NCBI GenBank assembly: GCA_043228905.1
Contig: JBHGNT010000008.1
Span: 21,824,001 to 21,888,000, forward strand
Reading direction: 5' to 3'
Source: Azolla caroliniana
Lineage: Eukaryota > Plantae > Polypodiophyta
Length of the DNA: 64,000 bases
Numbering within the stretch: the stretch's first letter is position 1; the number at the start of each line of letters is the position of its first letter. The notes below the pieces were generated by a model, which ran no database searches, was not told the origin of the DNA, and worked only from the letters and a program-made list of their open reading frames with translations. This document shows, piece by piece, positions 1 to 13,404 of the stretch. A program made the position numbers and the translations under genes.

Positions 1-2272
1 ATTGTCAAAAGTAAACTAGAGCTTGAGCTCTTTCATTTCAACAAGATCTCGTTATGACGTGATGCCTAGCCTTTATATGTTTCTTTTGATATGTGAGTTT
101 GGGATTTACAGAATCTTTATACAAGATTGATAATCACAATACATTTTTATATGCTCCCCCAAGTTGGTGGACCACATGTCCCCAGAATACTAGTACTCAT
201 CCTTATAAAGTTGATCCTATCGCTTATTACAAATACTTTTCCATAAATGTCGTCGTTGGAGTTGGAAACTTAGTTAGTGAAGTACCAACTGTTGGCAACA
301 TCAACTCTTCTTCTTCCAAAAATCAATGTCTTTGCAACTCGAAGACATTAAATCAATCCTCCCATGACGAGAAGAGTAATCACTTGACTCTACCTAAGGT
401 TGGCACAACTAGCGCGAAAGAATTGGTCGAAGCATATTTCAACCAAGAAAAACACCACTCAAAATCAACATCATCAGTTCAACCACAAGTATGGTAAGAA
501 ATCTTGACATGTTAATAACTACACAATGACTTGCACAATCACACAACCATCAACAAACTCTCACTCCACCAAAATGAACCAGTTTAGGAGTCTAGCTAAG
601 CGAGAGATTGTCTTTAGTGCCATGTTGTAGACTTTGTGAATGTTGAAGGTTAAAACTCAATAATAATGTTGACTTTTTATTCAATTACTTTACCCATCTC
701 TTGAAGAATCGATGCATCATTTTACAAGGTCCAATCTCTATAACTAATCATCTGATGCAACGTGAACATGGGGTTGAAAACTTTAGTTATATGTTATACT
801 TTATTTTTGGTGAAACCAAAGAAATAAAGAATAGCATAATACTCTCTAGCTAGAATATATTCGGTGTACTATCTTACTAACAGTCACCAAAAATCTTGCT
901 TAAAAAGTAGTTTTCAATATGATCATTTGTTCCCTAAAATCAATATCAATAGGAAAAGATGTTAGCGCAAACACATATACTCCATTATTCTTGCCTATCA
1001 ACCATCCATGCATCAACATTTTGAGCAAATAATGCACAATAGCTAAATTGATGTCAAACATTGCAATATTGGTGCCCGATTTAATTAGTAGGGATATTCG
1101 TATATGAAACAATACAATCTAGGAACTAGACCTTAGGTAATATAGGGTGTGAGTGTGTAGATTAAACGGACAAACCACATTCACTCTTGTCTATTCATGT
1201 TCTATTTGCATCATTATAATGCATCACTAATTGAGAATCCTAGAACCTTAGAAAGTATATGTATATGTTATACTCATCGAGCATCCTAGAACCTTAGAAA
1301 GCATATATGCTATATTGATTTGTGGTACTAACCTCATTACTTCATTCAGTCAAATCCATCCAACATGTGCCTTGAGCGCCATATTATAAGCTCACTAACT
1401 ATGGAAAGCATGTATGGAAACAACAATAATTTCTAATAGTACTTTCCTTTCTGTGTTTTTGGAATATTATCAATGTACAAGTTCTTCTATTAATATGTTT
1501 TTAATTCTTAAAGAATAAGTACATGATAGTACAATGTGGTATTGATCTCATTACTGTGCACACGATCAATGTGGTGGGGACAACATGTACTCTTCCCTCC
1601 TTGTACTTTGAAATACTCTCCTTCTTTGAGCTCTATCTACAATACATTTCCATTCATCTCCATTGCACACCCTTTTGCAAATAAATCATACAAGAAACAC
1701 ATTTTTTTACTTCTCAAAAGCATAGGAGAATATTAAACTAATGTCGACATGCCTAATTTGCCACCCAAAAAACAAAGAAGAGATTAGGCACTAAATATGG
1801 TTGAGCAATCTTGTGGATATGTGGGCACTCAAAAATTAGCTAGCAAAGGAATTAATAATCAACAAACCCAAGAACACATTTTTTAAGGCATGAATACCAA
1901 GACATCAAAATTGCTTCTCTTTTTCTATATTCCTATCTATGCTTAGAAGACATCAAAATAGAGATATAACAATGGGTTATACAAAGCAATAGTTGGGATG
2001 ACAAATCTTGACAATTCACATTTAAAATAATGCTTAAACAATTTCTCTTTCCACATCCCAATGTTTGGAAAATATAAATTGCACGTAAAAACTATCAAAA
2101 AGGAAGAGAACATACAACAATGATTAAGGTGGCTTACATGGTGGTCAACTTTAGTGAAAGTAGATATATAACAAATTGATACGCTACATTTTATTAATGC
2201 ATCCCACATGACACTAGCTTCGATTTGTGTTGTGTAATTAATCCTTGAAGCTTCCATCGTACATTATGATTA

Positions 2273-2274
<2 letters not shown>

Positions 2275-2313
<39 letters not shown>
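2275..2313. repeat. (CT)n microsatellite
   Basis: Pure dinucleotide run. Confidence 0.9.
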
Positions 2314-2320
<7 letters not shown>

Positions 2321-5300
2321 GTGGATGTTTCCCTCCCTAAGAACCTCATTTTGTCAAGCACTATATTGTATATTGTAGAACTTGATAAGTCGTGAACAAA
2401 ATCATTAGACCACTTTTTACAACCAATGATTTAGGGTTTCCGCACATTTTGGGAAGACAACAAAATCTTGCAAGAAAAGCAATTGTTTGTTGTTGTAGAA
2501 AAAGAGAGAAACATCAATTATACAAAGTTCAATGGCAAGTTTGTTGCATTGGCCCTTCATTGCAAATATAGTGATGAATAAACGTTTAGAAGCCCATAAA
2601 GTGAGATTGATCAATCAACAATAACCTATATAGTATAATATAGCGTGCCACCTTGAAAAACTTGAGAAGAAGAAGAAAACAATTAAATCTTGGCGACGGA
2701 TTTCTTGCGTCTTGAATTTCAAACTTTCGAGAGGCGATAAGAGTTTCCATAATACATCATATTTTTTATTACTCCCAAAAAATACCCAAACAACCCATGT
2801 GAACTAAAAAGGATCTATAATCTCATTGCTGAGGTAGCAGCTTGTCTTTAGAGAAAGATATATATATATATATATATACACCTAAGAGCTTGATCCAAGG
2901 ATTGAAAAGAAGGCTCGCTAACCTAGATTAAAAGAAAATAACGAAAGAGGGTCATGCGCAATACATAAAATCCCTAAGTACATCACAGAAGACACGGTAC
3001 CAAAATAGAGAGACAAGAAGTAAGGAAAATGTAAAGAATCGAATCTTGTAAAGGCTTAAATCAACCACAACCCGAAGGTTCCTTTGCCCATAAAAGGAAA
3101 AAAAAAAAAGGTGACTTTTGCCCTCTTCTTCCCTTTATGGTTGTATGCTCACAAGATGAATGGATTATTAGCCCAAGACGAACATACCTCCAAGTCAAAC
3201 ATCAATGTTTGTAGAATGGTATTCTCCTAGAAACGGAACGAGCCTTGCACGCACAGGACGTAGATATCATTGCCATCACCGTTACATAAAAAAAACGAAA
3301 TTAGCACTTGGAGGTGGAAAAGGTTTAGAAAATGACTAGGATGTACAAATTGCACTTAGAACATAATCATAAAATATATGATTTAGTACAACGTTAAAGA
3401 GACATTTGAGGTTAATGCACTCTAAATTTACAATGTGTCCTCATCTTTTTCAAGATCTTGGCCCATCATATCCCAATCACACTTGCGATATCACAATCTC
3501 AACCTTCCTCACAATCACCAAGTTAATCCTCTCAATCCCAAAAATCATACAATGTTTGCATGTTGACACAAGGAGAGATTTTGGGGCAATTTGAAGTTCT
3601 CATTAAACTTGTGTTTCTTCTTCTTTTTCTCTAACAAAGAGGTTTATGATACATGTATCATACACTACCATGTGGGTTTGATTGTAGCACTTCTACTTTA
3701 TCAATTGATATATTACAAGTGGGCATACATCTAGGGTTGTGGGACATTGCCCCATGTCATGAGAAAAACTTTACAGAGACAATGCCCGCTATATCCTTTT
3801 GTGTATCATTATTCTCCAATAAGGAGACACGGTATGACATTAGAAAAACTTAGGAATCGCCATATACAATTCTATTTATAGTGGTATATAATGGTCCACA
3901 TAAAGCCCTTCTTATATATCACACACGCACAAGATCAAATTTTCTACATTGATGTGATATATCACCATCCTTCTTACCATTATGTTTATGATTGCCATAG
4001 TTGCAACCTACTAAAATGTCTCCTCATGGTAGGTGTCAATCGTTTGCGCAATATATATTAGTTCAACATTCATTGTATTGAAATGCAAACAATAGATTTT
4101 TCATCCCCTAGTGCAATCATTTCTTCTCACCCTACATGATGTCCTTTGTCTCGAATCAATGTCTACTTTCATCACACCAAGAGGCTTATTCTTTAGAATA
4201 TCAACCTTGGCCATTTTCATCACATCTCACTCAACCATCTTGAAAACCATCACACGTCAACAAACTTCCCTTACTATTTCCAAAGAATTTCTAGATCTAG
4301 TTTATTATTGAAGCTACTTGTATGAATTTGGATTGATTTTGAGGGAGACTAATTTTCGGATCACCACCATCGAAACTATGGGATTTAGTTAGAATTTTAC
4401 TTACCGTACGCATTTACATTTCTTTTAACGATATCTTTCCGTGCATGATAACTTGAGCATTCAATAAATGCATTGACATGGTTCAATCTATAACATGTTG
4501 GAAGATGTGAGCTAAAGGCATTTGAGAAGAAAACAAACTCCTGAACAATGGCACGTGAGATATTGTAAAGTAGCAAAACTATTGAAAAGCTAGTATGGGT
4601 TTATGTAACATGGAAACATGTAAAGCAAGGTCAATATCAAAGGTGGTTGGTTGATGTTACGACAAGACATTTGATCTGTAAGTGCCACTTGCACTGAAAG
4701 AAAGCTAGATGGTCATATAAGCCTCACATGTCAAGAACGTAGGGTTTGGGATGAAAGATTTGGGTGGCTAGAATTATTTCTTGGAAATAACGTTTCTCAT
4801 GTAAAGTTTGACATAATTTATACAAATCCCCCTACTCACCAATTCTAATCTTGAAGTCATTGAGGTACTAGAAAACGATTTGTATCCATGTAAGACTTAC
4901 CACTAATGTATGTTGCCAAATGTCGTAAGCCTAAAGATATTAATAAGAGAAATTGATTTTTTTATTGTGCAAAAGCAAACTGCCAACTCCCCGAAACGAC
5001 ATTTTCACTTTTTGTGAAGTTAATGAACTTTCTAATCATTTTTGGCAATCTTTACAATCTGTAATGATGCATCACCCAATCCCCATATATGAGTTTGCGA
5101 CTTCTAATGTTGCGTGAGACTAAAATCTTGTGCCAATTTATGAAGTGGAGTCCCAATATACAAGCATTTTACTTCTCAAATGATATGGGACTCCAAGAAC
5201 TTCATGTCAACTTACGACATTGACTCCCAATATACCATCATGTTGTTTCTAGTATGTTGAGGGACTAAGAGAATCTCATGCCAAATTATGGACCTTGCAA

Positions 5301-6152
5301 GAATTCTTCTGAAATTATATGTTTTGAGGGTGTATACAGCTAGGTGAGAGTTTTATCTTTCGCTTCTCCTTCTTGTCACCCTTAAATTATTTGTTAATTG
5401 CTTGTACAAATTATCATTAATTAGATTCATCCTATCATTACAACTATTTCCACCTATTTTAATTGCTAATCCTATAGGCTCACTTTTTTCTCAACATAGG
5501 AAGGACAAGGAACCATTCAAGGGACTTGAAATATATCCTTCTCAAAAAAACGAGATTTAGGGTCTCCTTTTGTCCAACCTTTTGTATTCATATAAAACTC
5601 CAAGAAACAAAGGGTCAACCATTTCTTTACAAAATAAATAAACATGTTATACGTTTCCCAAAATCATTCTTTTATCACTGGTCTGTAAGGGTGACCACAA
5701 GGTATCGAAAAATATCGACATTACCCATGCATTCTCATAATGATTCTTCTCGCAAGTATTCGAACGTGTCTGACATCTCTTACATGTGCACCATATACAA
5801 ATACATATCCACATATCCAGCTACGTGCAAATTTGTGTATATATACATAGATGCATGCATCCTTTCTCTTCGGTTCAATGAACTATACAGTGTGGCAGCA
5901 TACCACCTCATGACTTTTGACCAAATATTAGAAATACCCAACAATCTCAGCACATTCACATGCGCAAACGGTCCAAATACACAATCTCTAACCACAGTTT
6001 AAAATATCCTTCAATTGTTATCACATTAACAATGACATGCTACTAGTACCTCGTACCTTGGTTTGTTCACATCAACAATTCATTTAACGATTGGAAAAGC
6101 AGTTCAACAAAGCTACATTCCCATGCTAAAGACACAAATTCGCTACCAACAT

Positions 6153-6697
6153 AGAAATGACAAAAAAAGCTCCCAAAGTCCAATATTAAGCAGCCATTTT
6201 GCCCTATATATTGCGCAACAGGTTTGATACATAGCACTTAAAACATCATTTCTAGCAGCAATTATTCTTTAAAGATACAGATTTGGACAATATCAGCGAT
6301 AGAACATGATTAGAATCACTTATTCTTGTAGAAATGACAAAAAACGCCCCCATTTTGCCCTATATATTACACAATATGTTTGATACATAGCACTTCAACC
6401 ATTAATTAAAACATCATTACTACCAGCAATTATTCTTTATTAAAGATACAGATTTGGACAATATCGGAGGTAGAACATGATTAGAATCACTTATTCTTGT
6501 AGAAATGACAAATAAAGCTCCTGAAGTCCGATATTATGCAGCCATTTTGCCCTATATATTGCACAATGGGTTTGATACATAGCACTTAAAACCACTACTT
6601 AAAAAAATATCATTACTAGCATCAATTATTCTTTAAAGATATAGATTTCGACAATATTGGAGATAAAACAACATGATTAGAATCATTTATTTTTCCA
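6153..6697. repeat. Three tandem copies of a roughly 175-190 bp unit downstream of CSLC
   Basis: AGAAATGACAAA...CCATTTTGCCCTATATATT...TTTGATACATAGCAC...ACATGATTAGAATCA begins at 6153, 6330 and 6501. Confidence 0.9.
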
Positions 6698-7176
6698 CAA
6701 TCATTTCAGAAAATATGATTTGCACGAGAGTTCACTCAACAATTTCCTCTGAACAGTTGGAATGACATTACCCTGAGAATATAATAAAAGAGCAAATCTA
6801 CATAGAATTAGTGGCCTAAATAATGCTTCAGACCAAAAGAATATATTGAGATAGATAGGTTTTTGGCAGGTTGATCCATACATACAGGCTGCCTGATGAA
6901 TAAAACAATAATTACTGAAGAGAGGCACATCTCGGACCTTACGAAAAGGAAAGAAAAAAAACACAACAACATCGGCACTGTATACGATATGAAGCATCTT
7001 CATGCTCCCCCTGATGGAGCTTCAATGGATGAAGCTTTGCTAAACCATGTATTTGTGACCCACTTTATTGCTAATCAAACATTAACCCTTAATTTAGAGA
7101 TTTTGTAGCCGCGAGGAAGAAGAAAACAAGATTTTGTTGTCCCGATGAAGTGGTAATTAATTATTCATCATCTTTT

Positions 7177-10100
7177 TCAGCTCACTTGCTCGCCGATGAG
7201 ATCCAATCCAACTAAGAGAAATGAAATTCCTTGGAATAGAAGAAAATAGAAATGTATACCTTGGACTGAAAGCAAGCTTCGTAGCGCGGCAACCAGTAAT
7301 AGGAAAGCAAGAAAGAGTTCTTTCCTATATATCCGATTGAGCTTCTTTTTCTTGATTGGTTTCGCCAAAGCCGAACTAGATAAAGCATCGAGACCCGATT
7401 CAGATAACCCACGATGAAGAATCTTAGTTTGCTCTAGTTCGGCTTGAGCTTCTCTCTCGACAAGAGCGACTAGATCAGTCTCTGAAGCTCGACCCACTTT
7501 CTTTGTAACTACCCATTCATATGCACTTCCCAGCTGAAATAGCCCTGATACCATTGCATGGAACTTGGTCACCGACATGGTGTTCTCAAAGAGAAGATAT
7601 GGAACTATGAAAGGAAATGATTTCGGTGCCGGAGCAATATTCATTAGTGACATAATGGCAGGAACATAACAAATCACCCATGCGGGTAGTTGTGCCTCAG
7701 GGATGAACATCGTCAATGGAAGAATAATGCAAAAGAGCGTGAACGAATAAAACGGAAGGATGAGCTTCCTTAGTAAAAAGAACAGGAATATCAAGTTCGA
7801 CTTCTTCCAAATCGAAATCTGGCAATTAAAAGAGAGACATTTGATCAGTATCCAACATTAACTCATACACGATATGCTCTACTATATACCAGGCAGACAC
7901 ATTCCAAAACAAACATCATTCAAACCCTTTTAAAAGGTAAAAGCATGTTCTTATCGCAGGAGTAATTATACCGTAAGAACCCCCTCAAGAAATCCAATTT
8001 ACCATCTTAGACATGATTTTAACTTTGACGTGATTATAGACGGAAGACAACCATAAATAAAAAGAAGTTTTTCCCTCTTCATAATGACTTCACTTCTTAC
8101 CTTTGAAGTAATTATGTCAGGCAGACACAATCGAAACAGCTGCATCGGGCCCGAGTGCCAGCGATGCTGCTGCTTTCTATATGCCTCATAGCTCTCAGGA
8201 ACTTCACAGAGACACTGCACATAAGAAGAGTTAATTGATATTAGGATAGAGTAAAAACTTGTATAGACATTCAGATATTCATTAGCCCCAAATTACACAT
8301 ATGATTAAGAGTTCATAAAAACCATCAAAATAACTTAATCTTCTTGCACATATACAGAAACTGAATCAAGTATATAAATATGCAAAACAATATGTGATCT
8401 ATCAACCATGTTATACACATTTGGAGACTGAATGAAGCATGCATATAAGTGTCCAAAAAAAAAAAAAACTATTATGCATTCCTTTGAAAATCATTCATAT
8501 GTACTATCCATTAGTTTCCAAACATTCACATGTACTATGTATTACTTTCAAAAACAATCACATGTATTATGCATTACCTGGACATCGTTAAGGAAGACAA
8601 ATTTCCAGCCATTGAGATGGGCTCGAACAGCGATATCCATATCCTCCACAGTGGTTCGCTCGAGCCATCCTCCCGACTCTTCAAGTGCCTTTATTCTCCA
8701 CACACCAGCTGTGCCATTGAACCCAAAGAAGTTCAACATTGCGCCATTCACTTGCTGCTCAACCTCGAAATGATAACATAAATTGATGTATTGCAGCCGG
8801 GTCAAAAGATTTTCATCTTTGTTAACAAACGACCATCGAGCTTGCACCAACCCAATATCTTCATTGTCCTACAAAATTGTGCCAGAAGGTTATTTATAGA
8901 GCCCAATATCTCGATTATCATACAATCTATATAAGCCAATAAATATCTTCATATGCTACAAAATTGAACAGAGAAAAAAATCTATAGAACCCAATATCTT
9001 CACAACACTACAAAATAGAACAGGGAAAACAATCTACAGAACCCGCTCACTATCTCAATTACAATCTACAAAACAGAGCACAGACAATAAACCTTTACAA
9101 ATCAGAACCCCACTTTCTCAATTATTCTAGGAAATGGAATGCATAAACAACTTTCTAGATCATAACATCTCTACTAGGCTACAAAATGAAATACAGAGAA
9201 TTCTATAACAACTTTAAGGTGTGACGCATCACTGAAAAAGTTGAAATGATATGTCTACCTTGAAGTGAATAATGGTTCGTTTCAGAAAATCAGATTGTGG
9301 TTGGAAATCAGCATCAAAAATCGCTACAAATTCATAATCCCTAACATAATCACAGCTCATAGCCGACTTAAGGTTTCCGGCCTTGTATCCCGTCCTGAGT
9401 AACCGATGTCTATACACAATATTCAGACCTTTCTGATGCCATTTCTGGACTTCAGCTCTGATAAGCATCTGTGTTTCTTTGTCATCGGAATCGTCCAATA
9501 TCTGCACCAGCATCTTGTCTCTTGGCCAATCTAGCTGAGCAACAGCACCTATAGATTGCTGATACACCTGCCAAATAGATGATAAACCATAACATAAGAA
9601 AAATGAATTCTTGAAAATCCACCTCTCTGGCATATAACACATCTCTCACTTCCAGACAGAGACATGAAATGTCTGAGATGTACTGCATCACCCGAGATAT
9701 ATAATATATCTCTCTCATAGATAGAGAGATGATATGTACAAGATCTAGCATCCCTCTACAGCAATTGAGAGTGGGATAGTGCATTAAATTTCAGATACGT
9801 AGCATATCACATAACAAATGTGCTACAAATGTATGCATCTCTAACGTATTTCTCTTTCTCGGATGGATGTACAACATATCTCTCTTGGATATGGATCGAC
9901 AACATATCTTCTCTTATGAGACAGAAACCCATTGTTCATTTTAATCCAACCCTATCTCAATCATACACGCAGCCAATCTAATAATAATATCCAAGCAAAA
10001 AAATAAAGACTCTAAAAAGCCGATCACTCAATCCCAATCAACCACGACCATAATAGTATCTAACACACACAAACTACACACATGAAAAACCTGAACAGAA

Positions 10101-10876
10101 ATACAGAAAAGAGTGGAGCCATCATCATCTACCTCTTTCTCGTTACACATGGGAATCTGCACAAGGACCATAGGGTATCCCGCATAAGGCTGTTCTGCAT
10201 CGCCGGTGTCCAGAGATAGCACTTTCGGCACCGGACGGATTCCCTTGAGCTTGATGTAGACACAGCCAAGGCACTGCGTGACACGATCGAGGGATTGGAT
10301 GAGGAAGAGGACGATGCAAACATTGGCTAAGGACTGCAATGGGGGCCCAAGATAGTTCTCTCGGATATAAATCCACCCCACATAGGTGGACTGCAGGATC
10401 CCACGCACGTCTTCGGAGCCGGGTATGTAGATATTGGGTTGGAAATGCCATCCCTTAACGTGGGCCACAAGCTCAAACCCTAGCATCAACACTGTGGATG
10501 CGAGAAGAACTCTGAGGATGGTGTAGAGCTTACCTCTCTGCCTTTGATCTTCAATCTCCACGCCTTGGCGTAAGATGAGACGTCTGTTAATGGTGGAGAG
10601 CATGCCGAGGAAGGTCTGCGCAGACCACGCCACGCAACCTGCTGCCTGGTGAGCTCTTAGGAACATTATCCACCTGATCTGCTTCGAGTTCTTCCCTTTC
10701 CCTTCCTTCTCTGCAGACCCCAGGTTTAATGGGACCTTCGACTCCCCCGCAGAGGAGCCGTTGGAAAGTGCACCCCCGGTCGACCAGTTCTGAGGTTTCT
10801 CCATCTTTACCACCACAGATGTGGCGTCCATCCGAGTCTCCTTTGGCCATGACAGGTCTGAGCTTGGAGGCGGCAT
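7177..10876 (-). CDS. CSLC: Cellulose synthase-like C (GT2 family; probable xyloglucan beta-1,4-glucan synthase), 5 exons, 699 aa
   Basis: Exons 10876-10133, 9567-9259, 8868-8578, 8214-8101 and 7818-7177 all have GT-AG, phase-0 junctions. Motifs: [64 protein letters not shown] (D,D,D,QxxRW), YEWVVTKK, and C-terminal [10 protein letters not shown]. The long N-terminal extension (VVVKME...KQIRW..L.AH.A.GC) is typical of CSLC rather than CSLA. Confidence 0.96.
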
Positions 10877-11957
10877 ATTGTATCTGACACAGTATCTGAC
10901 AGTTAATCAATCCGATGATGTCTTTCTTATCTTCCTTCACTAATTCTCTGGCTATGGCAGGACCGAATCGCGATCCGCAGTGACTGATATACACATGAGT
11001 AGATCAACAGATCCGTGGCCAAAGCAATCCGAGGCCTTCAAAACTCTGAAATCTGAGAAGACAGGAGGCTTAATGATCTTGAATCTGAGATCAATATGTA
11101 TCCTCCTCCTCCTTCGGCCTCTGAGAAGCTGAAATGTAACTCGAGTCAAACCTTGTATTATGCCTTCACCAGAGAAGGTCGATCTCAATATAGCTAAAGA
11201 CTGTTGTGAGAAGATCGATTTGCGCAGAGGATTGAGTAGAATAATCAGACCTGCTCTCTGCTACTCGTGAGATCTATAGTACAGGCGGCGAGCAAAGATC
11301 GAGGTCGAACCAGAAGATCGAGCTTGAAATGGATTGGATTAGGCAGAAGATGAGCAGAGCAATAGATTGGTTGAAGGAGAAGGAAGGGGTGGGATTATCT
11401 GTCTGAGGAAGGGGATTTTTGGTTTCGATAGGGAAAGCAGACGATTTTGGATGGAACAGACCAAATCAGATCGATGATCTGTCGACTGAGGGGGGGGGGG
11501 GGTTAAACAGGCGCCATTTAAGGAAAATATTCTTCTTTCCTTCCTTTTTCTTTCTTTTTCTTTTTCTCAAATGTGTTTCTTCCTTTTTCTCGATTGTCTT
11601 TCCCTTGGATCTAAAGCGACAAATAGAAGAAGAAGAAGAAGAAGAAGAAGAAGAAGAAAATACAAAAAAAAAAGGAGAGGAAAAAGAACTTTTTCAAGCT
11701 ATGGCGATGGCGCTAGCTTCTGACAAGGGAGAGATGATGTCGGCGATCAGAAGCAAAGGATCTTCTGGGGAGAGACAAGAAGAAGAAGGAAGAAGGAAGA
11801 AGGAAGAAGAAGACTGATATGGCTATGGATAATGAAGGCTGGAGGAGCTTCAAGAAGAAGCTATGGAAGGCTTCAAATTCTCGCCCATTACATTGGAACC
11901 AACAGAGATGCAGGGGAGCGAAGAGAAAGAAAAAAAAAAACCCACAGACAGACAGAA

Positions 11958-11959
<2 letters not shown>

Positions 11960-11992
<33 letters not shown>

Positions 11993-12390
11993 AGAAGAGA
12001 GGTACTATGGCGATGGAAGCAGAGGTCGAGGTGAAGCTTTTATGGCGATGACAGCTGCACAGAGAGAGAGAGAAGAGAGAGAAGAAAGAGAGAGACCGAG
12101 AGAGAAAGAGAGAGACAGACATAGACACAGAGAAGAGAGAGAGAGAGAGAGAGAGAGGAGAGGAGAGAAGAGAGAGACAGAGTCAGAAAAGAGAGAGACA
12201 GGAGAGAGACAGAGTCAGAGAAGAGAGAGAGAGAGAGGAGAGAAGAGAGAGACAGAGTCAGAGAAGAGAGAGAGAGAGGAGAGAAGAGAAGAGAAGAGAG
12301 AGAGAGAGAGAGGAGAGAGACAGAGACAGAGAGAGGGGAGAAGAGAAGAGAGAGAGGGGTTGAAAGCGACACTTCTAGAGAGAGAAGGAG
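11960..12390. repeat. Long (GA)n-rich tract (CT-rich on the CSLC sense strand; probable 5' leader / Y-patch / GAGA elements)
   Basis: About 400 bp of GA/GAGAA repeats between the G-box cluster and the CSLC ATG. Confidence 0.8.
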
Positions 12391-12419
12391 GGGGGGAGCG
12401 CGTCCAGACACGCCGACGG

Positions 12420-12575
12420 CCACATCCGTAAATTCGCGAAACTTTGGGGCCAAATATCTCCCATCCTCTCGGCCCAATCACCGCCTGCCACGTTCGGCCC
12501 CCCCCGCTGCCACGTCTTCTCCACGTGGCCCCAACCACCTTCTGCCACATCATCTCCACGTGGGCCACCATCGCC
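12420..12575 (-). promoter_or_regulatory. Probable CSLC proximal promoter with G-box/ABRE cluster
   Basis: GC-rich island with GCCACGTT (12487), GCCACGTC (12509), CCACGTGG (12521, 12556) and GGCCCA site-II-like motifs. Confidence 0.55.
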
Positions 12576-13369
12576 ACCTCGCCTTTTTTGTTTTCTTTTC
12601 TTTTCTTTTTCCCAACTTTCTTCGTCTTTTTTTTTCTATACATACATATATAAAAAATTAAAATCCCAAAATATTGTATTTCTTCTCCTTCTTTTATCTT
12701 TTTTTTTTTTTTGTTGCCCTTTTCAATCCTTTGCTTTTCCAAATGTTTTTTATTATTTCTTTTTAAATTTTTCCTGTTTAATTTACATTAACTTGGGTTT
12801 TGCTGTTTTTTTCTTCCCCTTCCCCCTCTTCTTGTTTTTTATTTTGCACTTTCCATGTGTTTAAGATGCGTTGGCAAAATGTCCAAAAAGACCTTTCTTA
12901 AGGCAAATGTGCGTGTGTGTGTGTTTTGGGGGGGGGGGGGGGGGGGGGGTGGTATGAGAGAGAGAGAGAGAGAGAGACATTTGTTAGCACATTTTCTTTC
13001 CACCTTTGCTTTAGATAGACAAGCAATCCGTCGAGTGTGCATGTGGTGACATGTATGGTAATCTTCCCCTGTTTGACATCGAGTTGGATTCAATGTAAGA
13101 AGCTACTACGGCTTCATAGATGTGCTTACTGATGATGGTGGGACAATTATATGCGCGACATGACTGAGACTTGATTTTCCTACTTCTTTTCCCTTTTAAT
13201 TATGTTACTCTAGGACCGATTAACCATAAGGCATTAGGATTTCATTGCCATTCATCGGGGACAATTGTCGTAATATATGGCCCAACATTGTTGTCGATCA
13301 AGGCTAGGGTGACATATGTATGTATGTATGTATGTATATATGGATGGATGGATGGATGTAGGCATGTAG

Positions 13370-13404
<35 letters not shown>

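Noticed and set aside
93-1112. ORFs at the window start as a gene or transposase
   Set aside because: Non-ATG starts and no recognisable motifs; possibly decayed TE but unsupported.
11419-12742. Several ORFs rich in RE/SL repeats
   Set aside because: They are translations of GA/CT microsatellite in the CSLC leader.
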